Assembly: GCA_016214545.1 (NCBI GenBank)
Contig: JACROH010000001.1
Coordinates: 32,149-96,148 of the forward strand
Direction of reading: 5' to 3'
DNA: 64,000 nucleotides
Source: Candidatus Lloydbacteria bacterium
GTDB lineage: Bacteria; Patescibacteriota; Minisyncoccia; Phycocordibacterales; 21-14-all-47-15
Shown: positions 39,523-48,908 of the stretch, piece after piece
How the letters are laid out: every line of letters starts with the position of its first letter
How positions within the stretch are numbered: position 1 is the stretch's first letter
The notes under the pieces: generated by a model
Told to the model about the DNA's origin: nothing
The model's database searches: none
What the model saw: the letters and a program-made list of their open reading frames with translations, nothing else
Position numbers and translations under genes: made by a program

Positions 39523-42500
39523 ATGAGTAAAATTAGAAAATCTTCATTCTCAAAAGTGATTGCAGGATTTGCAAGCATCGCAACGGGGCTCATGATGATG
39601 GGAGCAGTATTTGTTCCTGTACAGGCAGCAACGGTTGAAGAGCTTACCGCTCAGATCAACAGCTTGCTTGCAACAATCTCATCACTTCAATCACAACTTT
39701 CGTCAATGTCGGGTGGCAGCACAGCAGCAGCGGGTTCATACACGTTCGCAAAAAACCTTAAACAAGGTGACACGGGAACTGATGTTATGAATCTCCAGAA
39801 AGTGTTGAACATGAGCGCAGACACGAAAGTCGCAGTCAGCGGAGCAGGTTCTCCAGGAAATGAAACTTCAACTTTCGGTCCAGCGACCAAAGCGGCGGTT
39901 ATCAAATTCCAAGAGAAACACGCTGCAGACATTTTGACACCAGTTGGTCTTACAAAAGGTACCGGCTTTGTTGGCGCCTCAACACGGGCAAAACTGAATA
40001 TGACGGGCGGTGCAGTGTCATCGACACCTTCATCAACACCATCAACTTCAGGAACGCCGGTTGTTATAGTTCCAGCAGGAACAGGATTGTCAGTTATTTC
40101 AGCAACGCAACCAGCAGCATCACTTGCACCGGCTAGCGCGGCACGCGTTCCATTTACGAAAGTTACCCTCACCGCAGGAAATGACGGTGATGTAACCGTA
40201 AACGGCGTAGTGATTGAGCGCACTGGTCTTGCAAACGATGCAGTGTTTGGCGGTATCGTCCTTTTGGATGAAAACGGCTCACAGCTTGGTATTGAAAAGA
40301 CTTTGAACTCTGATCACCGAGCAACCATCGGAGATGCATTCGTTGTAAAGTCGGGAACATCTCGCACAATGACGATTGCAGGAAACATGGCTTCAAGCTT
40401 GGGTTCATACGCAGGACAGGTAGCAAGCCTCTCAGTTGTAGCGGTTAACACCTCAGCAACTGTTTCAGGTTCACTTCCTATCACAGGCGCAGGACACACA
40501 ATCAACAACTCGCTTTCAATCGGGACCGTAACAATGGCAGCAGGTCCGCTTGATCCGGGCGCAAGCAATTCAAAAGAAATTGGAACAACGGGTTACGTTT
40601 TCTCATCGGTTAAAGTAACAGCCGGTTCAGCAGAAAAAGTTCGCGTTCATTCAATTCGATGGAATCAGTCAGGTTCAGCAGCAACAGCGGATATCGCAAA
40701 CGTAAAGACTTATGTAGATGGAACATCATACGATGTTACCGTTTCTTCAGATGGTAAATACTACACAACAACATTTGGCGACGGACTTGTCATTGACAAA
40801 GGCGCGTCAAAAGAAATCTACATCAAAGGTGATATCACTGGTGGTTCAGCTCGAACAGTAGACTTTGACCTCTACAAGAGGACAGACCTCTACGTAACGG
40901 GTGAAACCTACGGATATGGAATTACACCTCCAAACGGTACCGACACTTCAGGTAGCGATGACGGTGCATTCCATGAAAGCACAAACCCATGGTATGACGC
41001 ATATCAGGCAACCGTTTCAAACGGCAGCTTGACTGCAGAAGCAGCAACGAGCGTTGGAGCACAGAACATTGCAATCAACACCGCCAACCAAGTTTTGGGA
41101 GGTATCAATGTTGATGCAAAAGGTGAACCGATTTCAGTTGCAAGCATGGTGTTTCACGTCATTGCCAGCGGAGATCAGGCAGCACACATCACGAACGTTA
41201 CATTGGTTGGTCCGAACGGCAACATTGTCGCAGGACCGGTTGACGGCGTAAATGATTCATCAGGTTCTGCAGCAGGTACGTTGAGTTTCAGTGATACAGT
41301 AACTTTCCCGGTTGGAAAGGGGCTCTACACCTTGAAAGGTAAATTGAGCACTGACTTCACAAGCAACGACACCGTACAAGCATCAACCACACCAAGCGGT
41401 TGGGGAACAGTAACAGGTCAATCAACAGGCAATTCAATCACCCCAACACCTGCAACAGCAATCACTATGAACACAATGACGGTGAAAGCGCCGGTTGTTA
41501 CAATCAGCGTACTTTCAACGCCTTTGGCACAGACAGCAGTAGCGGGAGGTTCATTCAACTTCGCAAAGTATCAGTTTGACGCTTCACAATCCGGTGATGA
41601 TATTCGATTCAATTCAGTAAAATTGGCATTGAATACACGAGCTGGAACAGCTTCAAACCTTACAAACTGCGGGCTCCTTGATGGTTCGACAGCATTGCAG
41701 ACAGGCTCAAACTTGGTAAACCCAACAGCAGCCCAGACGCAAGCAACAGCATCTTCAACGAGCTTCACATTTGACAATGGATTTGTTATTCCGAAAGGAA
41801 CAGTTAAGACATTGTCTTTGAACTGCAACACTTCAGCAACAACAACAACCGACCAGTACCAGTGGGGTATTTCAGCTCATGCTGATGCCGCACAGAGTGC
41901 GACAGGAGTACAGTCAGGACAAGCTTTGACATCAGCTTCAGGAATCACAGTAAACAACAGTGCTGGACAGATCATGACTATGACCACAGGTGGTTCATAC
42001 ACAGTTGTTGATGATTCAACTCCAGGATACACAATCGTATCTCCGGGAACCGAAGCAACACTCTTGAAACTCAAATTTACAGCAACGTCTGAAAATATTG
42101 ACATCAGGAGAGTGGCGTTCAAACTTGCAACCCCTGCAGGAAACACAGCTATCGACTTGGTTGGTAGCCAGGTATCAATGTACGACGGCAGCACACTTAT
42201 TGGTACAGCAACATTCGCAAACAACGGCGATAACGCAACATCATCAGCTATCGCTTCAGGAGCATTCCGTGTTCCACAAGGCGGATCTAAGACTATGACT
42301 ATCAAGGGTACGATTGCTGGAATTTCAGCAGTTACTGGTCCTTTGACAGCATCAGGAGATTTGCTCATTGTGGCTTACGACGGCAGTGCAAACGGTCTTG
42401 CAAACGGTAACTACGGTGTTGGTGTATCAGGTGGTACGAACATTTCAGGTACATCCGGAGACGTAACTCCATCAGGAGTACGAATCTTCAAGGCGTACCC

Positions 42501-43158
42501 AACGTTCGCAAAAATTGCTCCGCCAAGCACAACGCTTCAGAACAGCTCAGGTTACACATTGTATCGCTTTAGCGTAACGGCCAATAATGGAGACATCGCG
42601 CTCGGTAAACTTACCTTCGTTATGGGTTCATCATCGGTATCAGCTACGACTTCAGCCTATGGTTTGTACACCTACACGGATAGCGCATTCTCAAGCCCAG
42701 ACACGACATTCTCTTCAGACGGCTTGATCAACGCGAACAAATACATCAATGGTCTCGGCTCAAACGCTGATTCAACATCAGATTCAAAGCGCCCAACTAT
42801 TGTTGAGATCTATCCTGACAAAGCTTCAGCAACGACAACATACAAAGTACCGTCTGGAACTACACGATACTTCGCTCTTAAGGCAACTGTTTCTAACTTG
42901 AGGACCTCAACCGGTTCTGAGTCACTCACAGTCCAGCTTGAAGGAGACGCGGCAGTTCCAACAACACTTATGGATGTTGCCGGTACATCAGCCGGAGCAA
43001 GCGGTGTTGACAACGATGCCAACGATGACATGATCTGGTCACCAATCTCGACGACTTCGTCTGAATTGATTACCGATTATGACTGGACAAACGGATACTT
43101 GGTACCGGGATTGCCAACATCAAACATGGATTCTGTAACACACACCTTTACTATCTAA
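39523..43158 (+). CDS. large secreted surface (S-layer-like) protein with peptidoglycan-binding-like domain
   Basis: Signal peptide, coiled coil, L..G.TG.DV..LQK.LN...FGPATKAAVIKFQ domain, then Ser/Thr/Gly-rich beta repeats. Strong GCA/ACA/TCA codon bias. Confidence 0.88.
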   Translation: MSKIRKSSFSKVIAGFASIATGLMMMGAVFVPVQAATVEELTAQINSLLATISSLQSQLSSMSGGSTAAAGSYTFAKNLKQGDTGTDVMNLQKVLNMSADTKVAVSGAGSPGNETSTFGPATKAAVIKFQEKHAADILTPVGLTKGTGFVGASTRAKLNMTGGAVSSTPSSTPSTSGTPVVIVPAGTGLSVISATQPAASLAPASAARVPFTKVTLTAGNDGDVTVNGVVIERTGLANDAVFGGIVLLDENGSQLGIEKTLNSDHRATIGDAFVVKSGTSRTMTIAGNMASSLGSYAGQVASLSVVAVNTSATVSGSLPITGAGHTINNSLSIGTVTMAAGPLDPGASNSKEIGTTGYVFSSVKVTAGSAEKVRVHSIRWNQSGSAATADIANVKTYVDGTSYDVTVSSDGKYYTTTFGDGLVIDKGASKEIYIKGDITGGSARTVDFDLYKRTDLYVTGETYGYGITPPNGTDTSGSDDGAFHESTNPWYDAYQATVSNGSLTAEAATSVGAQNIAINTANQVLGGINVDAKGEPISVASMVFHVIASGDQAAHITNVTLVGPNGNIVAGPVDGVNDSSGSAAGTLSFSDTVTFPVGKGLYTLKGKLSTDFTSNDTVQASTTPSGWGTVTGQSTGNSITPTPATAITMNTMTVKAPVVTISVLSTPLAQTAVAGGSFNFAKYQFDASQSGDDIRFNSVKLALNTRAGTASNLTNCGLLDGSTALQTGSNLVNPTAAQTQATASSTSFTFDNGFVIPKGTVKTLSLNCNTSATTTTDQYQWGISAHADAAQSATGVQSGQALTSASGITVNNSAGQIMTMTTGGSYTVVDDSTPGYTIVSPGTEATLLKLKFTATSENIDIRRVAFKLATPAGNTAIDLVGSQVSMYDGSTLIGTATFANNGDNATSSAIASGAFRVPQGGSKTMTIKGTIAGISAVTGPLTASGDLLIVAYDGSANGLANGNYGVGVSGGTNISGTSGDVTPSGVRIFKAYPTFAKIAPPSTTLQNSSGYTLYRFSVTANNGDIALGKLTFVMGSSSVSATTSAYGLYTYTDSAFSSPDTTFSSDGLINANKYINGLGSNADSTSDSKRPTIVEIYPDKASATTTYKVPSGTTRYFALKATVSNLRTSTGSESLTVQLEGDAAVPTTLMDVAGTSAGASGVDNDANDDMIWSPISTTSSELITDYDWTNGYLVPGLPTSNMDSVTHTFTI

Positions 43159-43209
43159 TAAGTTTCTCTCGGTCGGACTCCGTCTAACAACGGATAAGAT
43201 AGAAACTAA

Positions 43210-43241
43210 GCAAAACCCCCGCCATTTGGCGGGGGTTTTGC
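43210..43241 (+). terminator. strong intrinsic terminator
   Basis: GCAAAACCCCCGCCA-TT-TGGCGGGGGTTTTGC. Confidence 0.85.
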
Positions 43242-43340
43242 GTTGCCAAATTTCCTATAGTTTAATCCGTATGTGTGGATAACTTGTGGAAAACCTACAA
43301 TGTTTGCTTAAACAAATATTTTTCGTTATGCTTGATAAAT

Positions 43341-44138
43341 ATGAAAAATCAAAAAGTTATTATTTCTTCACTCATTATTGTTGTTCTGGCCGCCGGTTAT
43401 TTTGTGTATAAAAACGTTGCCAAGCAAAAAACGGGACCTGCTCTTGATGTGGCGACAAGTACGGTAGAAGCCACGAATAATCCTGATAAAAACACAAATT
43501 CTTCAGTAGCAGGCACAAAAACCGCTGGGAAAACAACTCCTTTGCTTGCGCGGCTTCCAGATCTGGCTCGTCCGGTTATCATTTTGGCAAACATTGCTCC
43601 AGAGACAGAAACTATGGCTCGCGCTAAAATATCAGAGCTTTCAAAAGAGCTTGGCGCAGAACCCGGGCTATTTGGTAACTGGCTTGATCTTGCCTCGTAC
43701 CGCAAATTGATAGGGGATAACGTTGGGGCAGAAGAAATCTGGCTTTTTATGACCAAACAATGGCCGGACCATGATGTGCCATATATCAATTTGGGCAATT
43801 TCTATCACTACCAAACGCATGATTTCGCCAAATCAGAAGCCGCTTTCAGAAAAGCGATAAGCGTAAAACCAAACTCTATCCCGCCATATATCGGTCTGTA
43901 TGAGTTGTACGCGCTTTCATATGCTGAAAAAGCGGGCTTGGCGGATGATATTCTTATTGAAGGGTTGAAAAATAATCCCAAAAACATACTTCTTCTCTCA
44001 ACACTTGCGGAATATTACACAGGACAAGGGGATATTACTTCTGCAAAAAAGTACTACCAAGAAGCGCTTGATGTGGCAATGCAATCAAACGACACAAAAC
44101 TCCAAGACCAGCTGAAACAACGCATCTCGGGTCTATAA
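43341..44138 (+). CDS. membrane-anchored TPR protein
   Basis: N-terminal TM and TPR patterns (YINLGNFY...FRKAI...P; LAEYY...G....AKKYYQEAL). Confidence 0.85.
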   Translation: MKNQKVIISSLIIVVLAAGYFVYKNVAKQKTGPALDVATSTVEATNNPDKNTNSSVAGTKTAGKTTPLLARLPDLARPVIILANIAPETETMARAKISELSKELGAEPGLFGNWLDLASYRKLIGDNVGAEEIWLFMTKQWPDHDVPYINLGNFYHYQTHDFAKSEAAFRKAISVKPNSIPPYIGLYELYALSYAEKAGLADDILIEGLKNNPKNILLLSTLAEYYTGQGDITSAKKYYQEALDVAMQSNDTKLQDQLKQRISGL

Positions 44139-44226
44139 ATCCGCATATAACGGATATTGATACGTTTATCCACAACGAAAGCGCCGCTTTCGTTGTTTTG
44201 GATTGTGGTAAACTGATTAGTATCAT

Positions 44227-44367
44227 ATGAGATTTCTTAATCCTACGTTTATAAAATTTGTGCTCGGGTTTCTCGCAATTATTGCCATAGGGGTGGCTGC
44301 CGTTTTCTTTCTGGGCGTACAAGATACTTCCACGCCGGCGACTCCCATTGTCGATGAGCCGCGGTGA
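44227..44367 (+). CDS. small single-TM protein (46 aa)
   Basis: MRFLNPTFIKFVLGFLAIIAIGVAAVFFLGVQDTSTPATPIVDEPR. Preceded by a DnaA box and TGGTAAACT. Confidence 0.55.
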   Translation: MRFLNPTFIKFVLGFLAIIAIGVAAVFFLGVQDTSTPATPIVDEPR

Positions 44368-44391
44368 TTTGTGTATAACTATATATCAAAA

Positions 44392-44967
44392 ATGAAAAAA
44401 CTATTGAAATGGGGTGGAATTATTTTGGCTGTTATTTTGGTGATTTCTGCCGCACGTGTTCCGCATGTCATTGATAAACGAAAGACCGCAGAACAGGTGG
44501 TAAAAATTCATGCGACAAAATTAACGCTTGATGATGTGATGGGGAAAAATTTGCCGCCGGACCCGGGAGAGGCCGCGAACGCGACTATTGAGGGGGTAGA
44601 TGCGAATCAAAACGGAATTCGCGATGATGTTGAGCTTGCGATTTTTAAATTATATCCGAATTCGGCCAAGACGAGGGCGGCGGCGTTGCAGTATGCGATG
44701 GCATTGCAAATCGGGCTGACGCAGGTCTCTAACTCCGATACTTTGGTCGCGATGGCACAGGAAACAAGTAGGGCTTATAGATGTTTGTTTGATCTTGGTG
44801 GAGAAATAAGAGATGTTACGCAACGCCAAGACTTATTTGAAAAATTAATTCTTAACACAAGTGCACGCAAGAACAAGCTTGAGGAGGTATACGATAAATA
44901 TATGGCTTCAGTTTCTTTTCCTAATTCTAATTATTGTGACATAGATTCTGCATCTCTTCCTAACTAA
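44392..44967 (+). CDS. exported hypothetical protein with GxDANxNGIRDDVE motif
   Basis: Signal/TM segment, Ca-loop-like motif, helical domain with two Cys. Stop lies 2 nt before the next gene. Confidence 0.8.
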   Translation: MKKLLKWGGIILAVILVISAARVPHVIDKRKTAEQVVKIHATKLTLDDVMGKNLPPDPGEAANATIEGVDANQNGIRDDVELAIFKLYPNSAKTRAAALQYAMALQIGLTQVSNSDTLVAMAQETSRAYRCLFDLGGEIRDVTQRQDLFEKLILNTSARKNKLEEVYDKYMASVSFPNSNYCDIDSASLPN

Positions 44968-44969
44968 CC

Positions 44970-47900
44970 ATGAAATATCTTTTATCAATATTCATATTAG
45001 TTTTTCTTGCAGTACCAACGTCTGTTTTTGCTATTTGTAGTGATATGGGGGCAACGGTAGTGTACGTCAATGGGGTTTTGAATTCTAAACAAGATGCGAT
45101 TGATAGCGCAGGGGTTCTCCAAGGAAAATTTCAGAAAAAATTCAACGACGCCGATATCACATTTATTACTGGCTACAATCCATCTCACCTCGCTGGACTT
45201 GGGGACTTGGTGCAATCTGCCGCGCAGATGTTAGACAGTTCAATTTCTGACCATGACCTGAATACGATTCTCACCCAGATAGAGCCGTATGTGACGACAC
45301 GGAAGATTCTTCTTGTCGGCCATTCACAGGGAACTTTTTATACCAATTCTCTCTATCAATATCTCATCAATCACGGAGTGCCGAAAGAATCGATCGCCAT
45401 CTACAATGTCGCCACGCCCGCAAGCGAAGTCGCCGGCAATGGCGGGTATCTCACTTCCTCAAATGATGCCGCCATTCGTGCCGTTGCCCAAATTGCTCAA
45501 AAATTGCAGATACTGCCGCCTCTTTCCGCCAATATTAATATACCGATATATCCGGAGGATACTGAAAGTGATTATCCGGGTCATGATTTTATTCGTGCGT
45601 ACATTGCCGGCGCGTCCGACCAAATCATATCGGGCATATCACAGGAGCTTAATAATCTCACGGCGAAAGCCAATACTGAAACTTCCGAAACTTGTTTTAC
45701 TGCTCCGCAATTAACCGTAGGAGACAAACTGCAGGACGTAGCGTTTGTCCCTTTTGATTTTGTTGCAAATGTAGGAGCTGTCGCCTTTGGCGCGATAGAA
45801 AAAGGAGCTGGCCAAACCGCAACCGTGCTGGTAAAAGGAATTTCCTCGGTTGCAAACACACTAGCGAGCGTGTTTGGCACGACCCATGCGGAGCAAGCGA
45901 GCGTCGTCTTAAACGCAATTACTCAAAACAAAACAAACTTACTTTCTTCCGGAGAACGTGTTTTTCATAAAGATGATCTTTTGATATACAAACACATCGC
46001 ATCTCGTGAAGCGCCGTCCATTGCGGAAGAGCGTTCGTCTTTGGCGCAGGAATCAACGTCAGTTTTACAGGCGGGAGAAACGATAGTAAACAATGACGGC
46101 GAATTATCTCAAACAGAAAAGAAAGAAAAAGAAAAGTCACCAAGGCAGGCTTTCGTGCCCATGCCGTCCATACCATCCCCTGGCTTCGGCGGCGGGGATT
46201 CCACGTCGCAATCGGCCGTTTCTCTGGGCACGCAAACCGACACACAGATACAAACAGACACCACCTCTCCATCCGCCCCAGCCATCATCGTGCCGGCGGA
46301 TTTTTTGCGAACCTTTACGAGTTCGGCGATTACTTTTTCCGGCACTGCCGAAGCGGGGAGCATAATTAGCACCAGTGTGTCGCCCGCAACAACGACTGCA
46401 AGCCAATCGGGCGAATGGTCTGTTGCTCTTACTTTTAACCAGGGCACGACAACCGCGCAATTTTTCGCAACCGATAGCGCCGGAAATATTTCTCAGGGGG
46501 CAAGTACCACTCTTTTTGTCGATTCAACGGCGCCGCAAGCGATAACTCCTGTAATCGCGGAGTGCGCGAATTCGCTTGCGACGAGCGGGTGTCTTTTGGC
46601 GGCGACAACACTCTCTGTTTCTTGGGGTGCATCTGAAGCGGCTGATTTTAATTATTTTATTATAAATAACAACGGTGCCGTCAGCACGACGACGGCGGCA
46701 TCTACTACGGCCGCCGCCACAAACAATACGACATACTCATTTGCGCTTTCGGCGGTTGATAAATCGGGGAATACATCTGCGACGACGACCGTGACGGCAG
46801 AAATAAATACTTCACCGGTGGTTATAAATGAGGTGGCGTGGGGAGGCACAAATGCATCCACCGCCGACGAGTGGGTGGAACTCTACAACAAATCGACAAG
46901 CGCCGTGAATCTTTCGGGCTTTACCCTTTATGCTGCAGACGGCGCCCCGTATATTCCTTTGAGCGGGGCTATTCCTGCGGGCGGCTATTATCTGATTGAA
47001 CGAAAAAATACGGGAGAAACCGATGAAGCAACACAATCACCTGTGAAAGATGTTGTTGCAGACCTTTGGACAAGTTTTGGCAGCGGCCTTTCCAACACGG
47101 GTGAAAATCTTATTCTTTCACACAAAGGAACCGGTGCCACCACGACCATGGATGAAATTTCTTACTGCTATAATTGGTGCGGGAAGGGGAGCGATTCACC
47201 GGAGTTTCGTTCGATGGAGCGTTTTGATGCAGAAGCTCTGGGCACCGACTGGTCGAATTGGGAACGCAATCAGATTATTATTCGAAATGGCGTTGATGCA
47301 AGCGGCAATGCGCTCAACGGCACACCAAAAGCATATAATAGTTTTTCTCGCCTGCTTAACAAAGGCAGCCAGACAATCACGCAAGACATGACGCTTAAAA
47401 AATCAAAAAGTCCGTATGTGGTAAATAACACGATAGTCACTCTGCAGGCGGGGAAGATGCTTACGCTTGAGCCGGGGGCGGTGATTAAATTTTATAACAA
47501 TGCGCGGCTTGCTGTATCAGGTGCTTTAAACGCGCAAGGGACGGAAAATGACCCCGTTGTTTTCACCAGTTTTCTTGATGATGCCTATGGCGGCGACACC
47601 AATCAAGACGGTGCGCTGACCAGCCCCGCAAAAGGCGCATGGTATGGGGTGGAGCTTGCTTCAGGTTCTGACGCGTCGGTTTTTGACCACGCTATTTTTC
47701 GTTATGGCGGAAAATACTACGACGGGCAAGGACAGCCGGCCGCGAATCTCTATTTGGCAAACACCTCGCCGTCAATCAATCATTCTACGTTTGAATATGG
47801 CGGCCAGCACGGGCTCCGTCTTTTTTACGCAAGCTCAAGCATTTCCAATTCCGTATTTCAGCACAACGGTTCCGGTTACTGGATGGGCGGAGTCATGAGC

Positions 47901-48620
47901 ACGGGGGGCGCGCCGACGATAGATAATAATCAATTTTCAGATAATGTTATTGGGATTTATTTGGTTTCATCGGAGGCGCGGGTATCGTCAAATACGCTCG
48001 CATCAAGTACATCCGAAGCAATCTATGCAAGCGGTGTTGTTGGCGATGGGTATTTTTCCGGCAATAGCGGTTCAAAAAATGCGTGGAATGGGATTACGCT
48101 TGCCGGAAATATTACGAAAACGGGCGTCACGACCACCCTAAAGCAAAATACGCTCCCGTATCTTATCGAACGATCAAGCAGTGCGACCGTCATCGCAAGC
48201 TCGACGCTCGCTATTAACCCGGGCGTCACCGTTAAATTTGGAGACGATCGGCTTTTTGTGAATGGCGATTTGTCTATTTCTGGCACGGGGGCAAGCCCGG
48301 TCACGCTTACTTCTATCTATGACGATTCAGACGGCAACGATGCTTCCAATAATGGCGCAAGCATCGGGGTAGCGGGTAATGTTCAGGGGACAATACTACA
48401 ATCGGGAAGTTCTTCAACTATATCCGGTGCCGTATTTAAATTTATGAAAACGGCGCTCTCGTATCTCAATTCGCCCATGGTGCTTTCCAACACAATCTTT
48501 TCAGACAATACCCTTGCTGTTTCCGCAGACGCATCAACGATAAGCAATTATCCGATTACCGCTTTAAACATAACCTTTAACAACAACACTGCGACGACGA
48601 GTCCCGCCGGATTATGGTGA
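44970..48620 (+). CDS. secreted multidomain protein: alpha/beta-hydrolase-like + Ig-like + lamin-tail + right-handed beta-helix
   Basis: Signal peptide, NGV.N, VGHSQG nucleophile elbow, VVINEVAWGG...EWVELYN (lamin tail), and LTLEPGAVIKF/PVVFTS..DD beta-helix repeats. Confidence 0.85.
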   Translation: MKYLLSIFILVFLAVPTSVFAICSDMGATVVYVNGVLNSKQDAIDSAGVLQGKFQKKFNDADITFITGYNPSHLAGLGDLVQSAAQMLDSSISDHDLNTILTQIEPYVTTRKILLVGHSQGTFYTNSLYQYLINHGVPKESIAIYNVATPASEVAGNGGYLTSSNDAAIRAVAQIAQKLQILPPLSANINIPIYPEDTESDYPGHDFIRAYIAGASDQIISGISQELNNLTAKANTETSETCFTAPQLTVGDKLQDVAFVPFDFVANVGAVAFGAIEKGAGQTATVLVKGISSVANTLASVFGTTHAEQASVVLNAITQNKTNLLSSGERVFHKDDLLIYKHIASREAPSIAEERSSLAQESTSVLQAGETIVNNDGELSQTEKKEKEKSPRQAFVPMPSIPSPGFGGGDSTSQSAVSLGTQTDTQIQTDTTSPSAPAIIVPADFLRTFTSSAITFSGTAEAGSIISTSVSPATTTASQSGEWSVALTFNQGTTTAQFFATDSAGNISQGASTTLFVDSTAPQAITPVIAECANSLATSGCLLAATTLSVSWGASEAADFNYFIINNNGAVSTTTAASTTAAATNNTTYSFALSAVDKSGNTSATTTVTAEINTSPVVINEVAWGGTNASTADEWVELYNKSTSAVNLSGFTLYAADGAPYIPLSGAIPAGGYYLIERKNTGETDEATQSPVKDVVADLWTSFGSGLSNTGENLILSHKGTGATTTMDEISYCYNWCGKGSDSPEFRSMERFDAEALGTDWSNWERNQIIIRNGVDASGNALNGTPKAYNSFSRLLNKGSQTITQDMTLKKSKSPYVVNNTIVTLQAGKMLTLEPGAVIKFYNNARLAVSGALNAQGTENDPVVFTSFLDDAYGGDTNQDGALTSPAKGAWYGVELASGSDASVFDHAIFRYGGKYYDGQGQPAANLYLANTSPSINHSTFEYGGQHGLRLFYASSSISNSVFQHNGSGYWMGGVMSTGGAPTIDNNQFSDNVIGIYLVSSEARVSSNTLASSTSEAIYASGVVGDGYFSGNSGSKNAWNGITLAGNITKTGVTTTLKQNTLPYLIERSSSATVIASSTLAINPGVTVKFGDDRLFVNGDLSISGTGASPVTLTSIYDDSDGNDASNNGASIGVAGNVQGTILQSGSSSTISGAVFKFMKTALSYLNSPMVLSNTIFSDNTLAVSADASTISNYPITALNITFNNNTATTSPAGLW

Positions 48621-48719
48621 TACTTCCGGGGAGTGAGTATTCAAACAAGTATTTTTTTGGTATGCTTATGAATAGAAGAATGTCTCCCCATGACGGTATG
48701 ACTGCCCAAAGGAGGGTCT

Positions 48720-48845
48720 ATGACGATTCAATTGGTCAAATATTGGTGGGTGATTCGGTATAATCTTTTCCTTTTTTTCATCGGCATGCTCGTGCTTCTT
48801 TTCTTTTGTTCTATCGTTGAAATTATTGCCCCCTCTTCGCATTAG
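48720..48845 (+). CDS. putative 41-aa membrane peptide
   Basis: AGGAGG SD. Translates as MTIQLVKYWWVIRYNLFLFFIGMLVLLFFCSIVEIIAPSSH. Confidence 0.45.
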   Translation: MTIQLVKYWWVIRYNLFLFFIGMLVLLFFCSIVEIIAPSSH

Positions 48846-48908
48846 AAGTTTTTTTCAGTAAACACGCCTTGCTTGTCGCAGGGCGTGTTTTGCTATAGAC
48901 TGTAGGGT

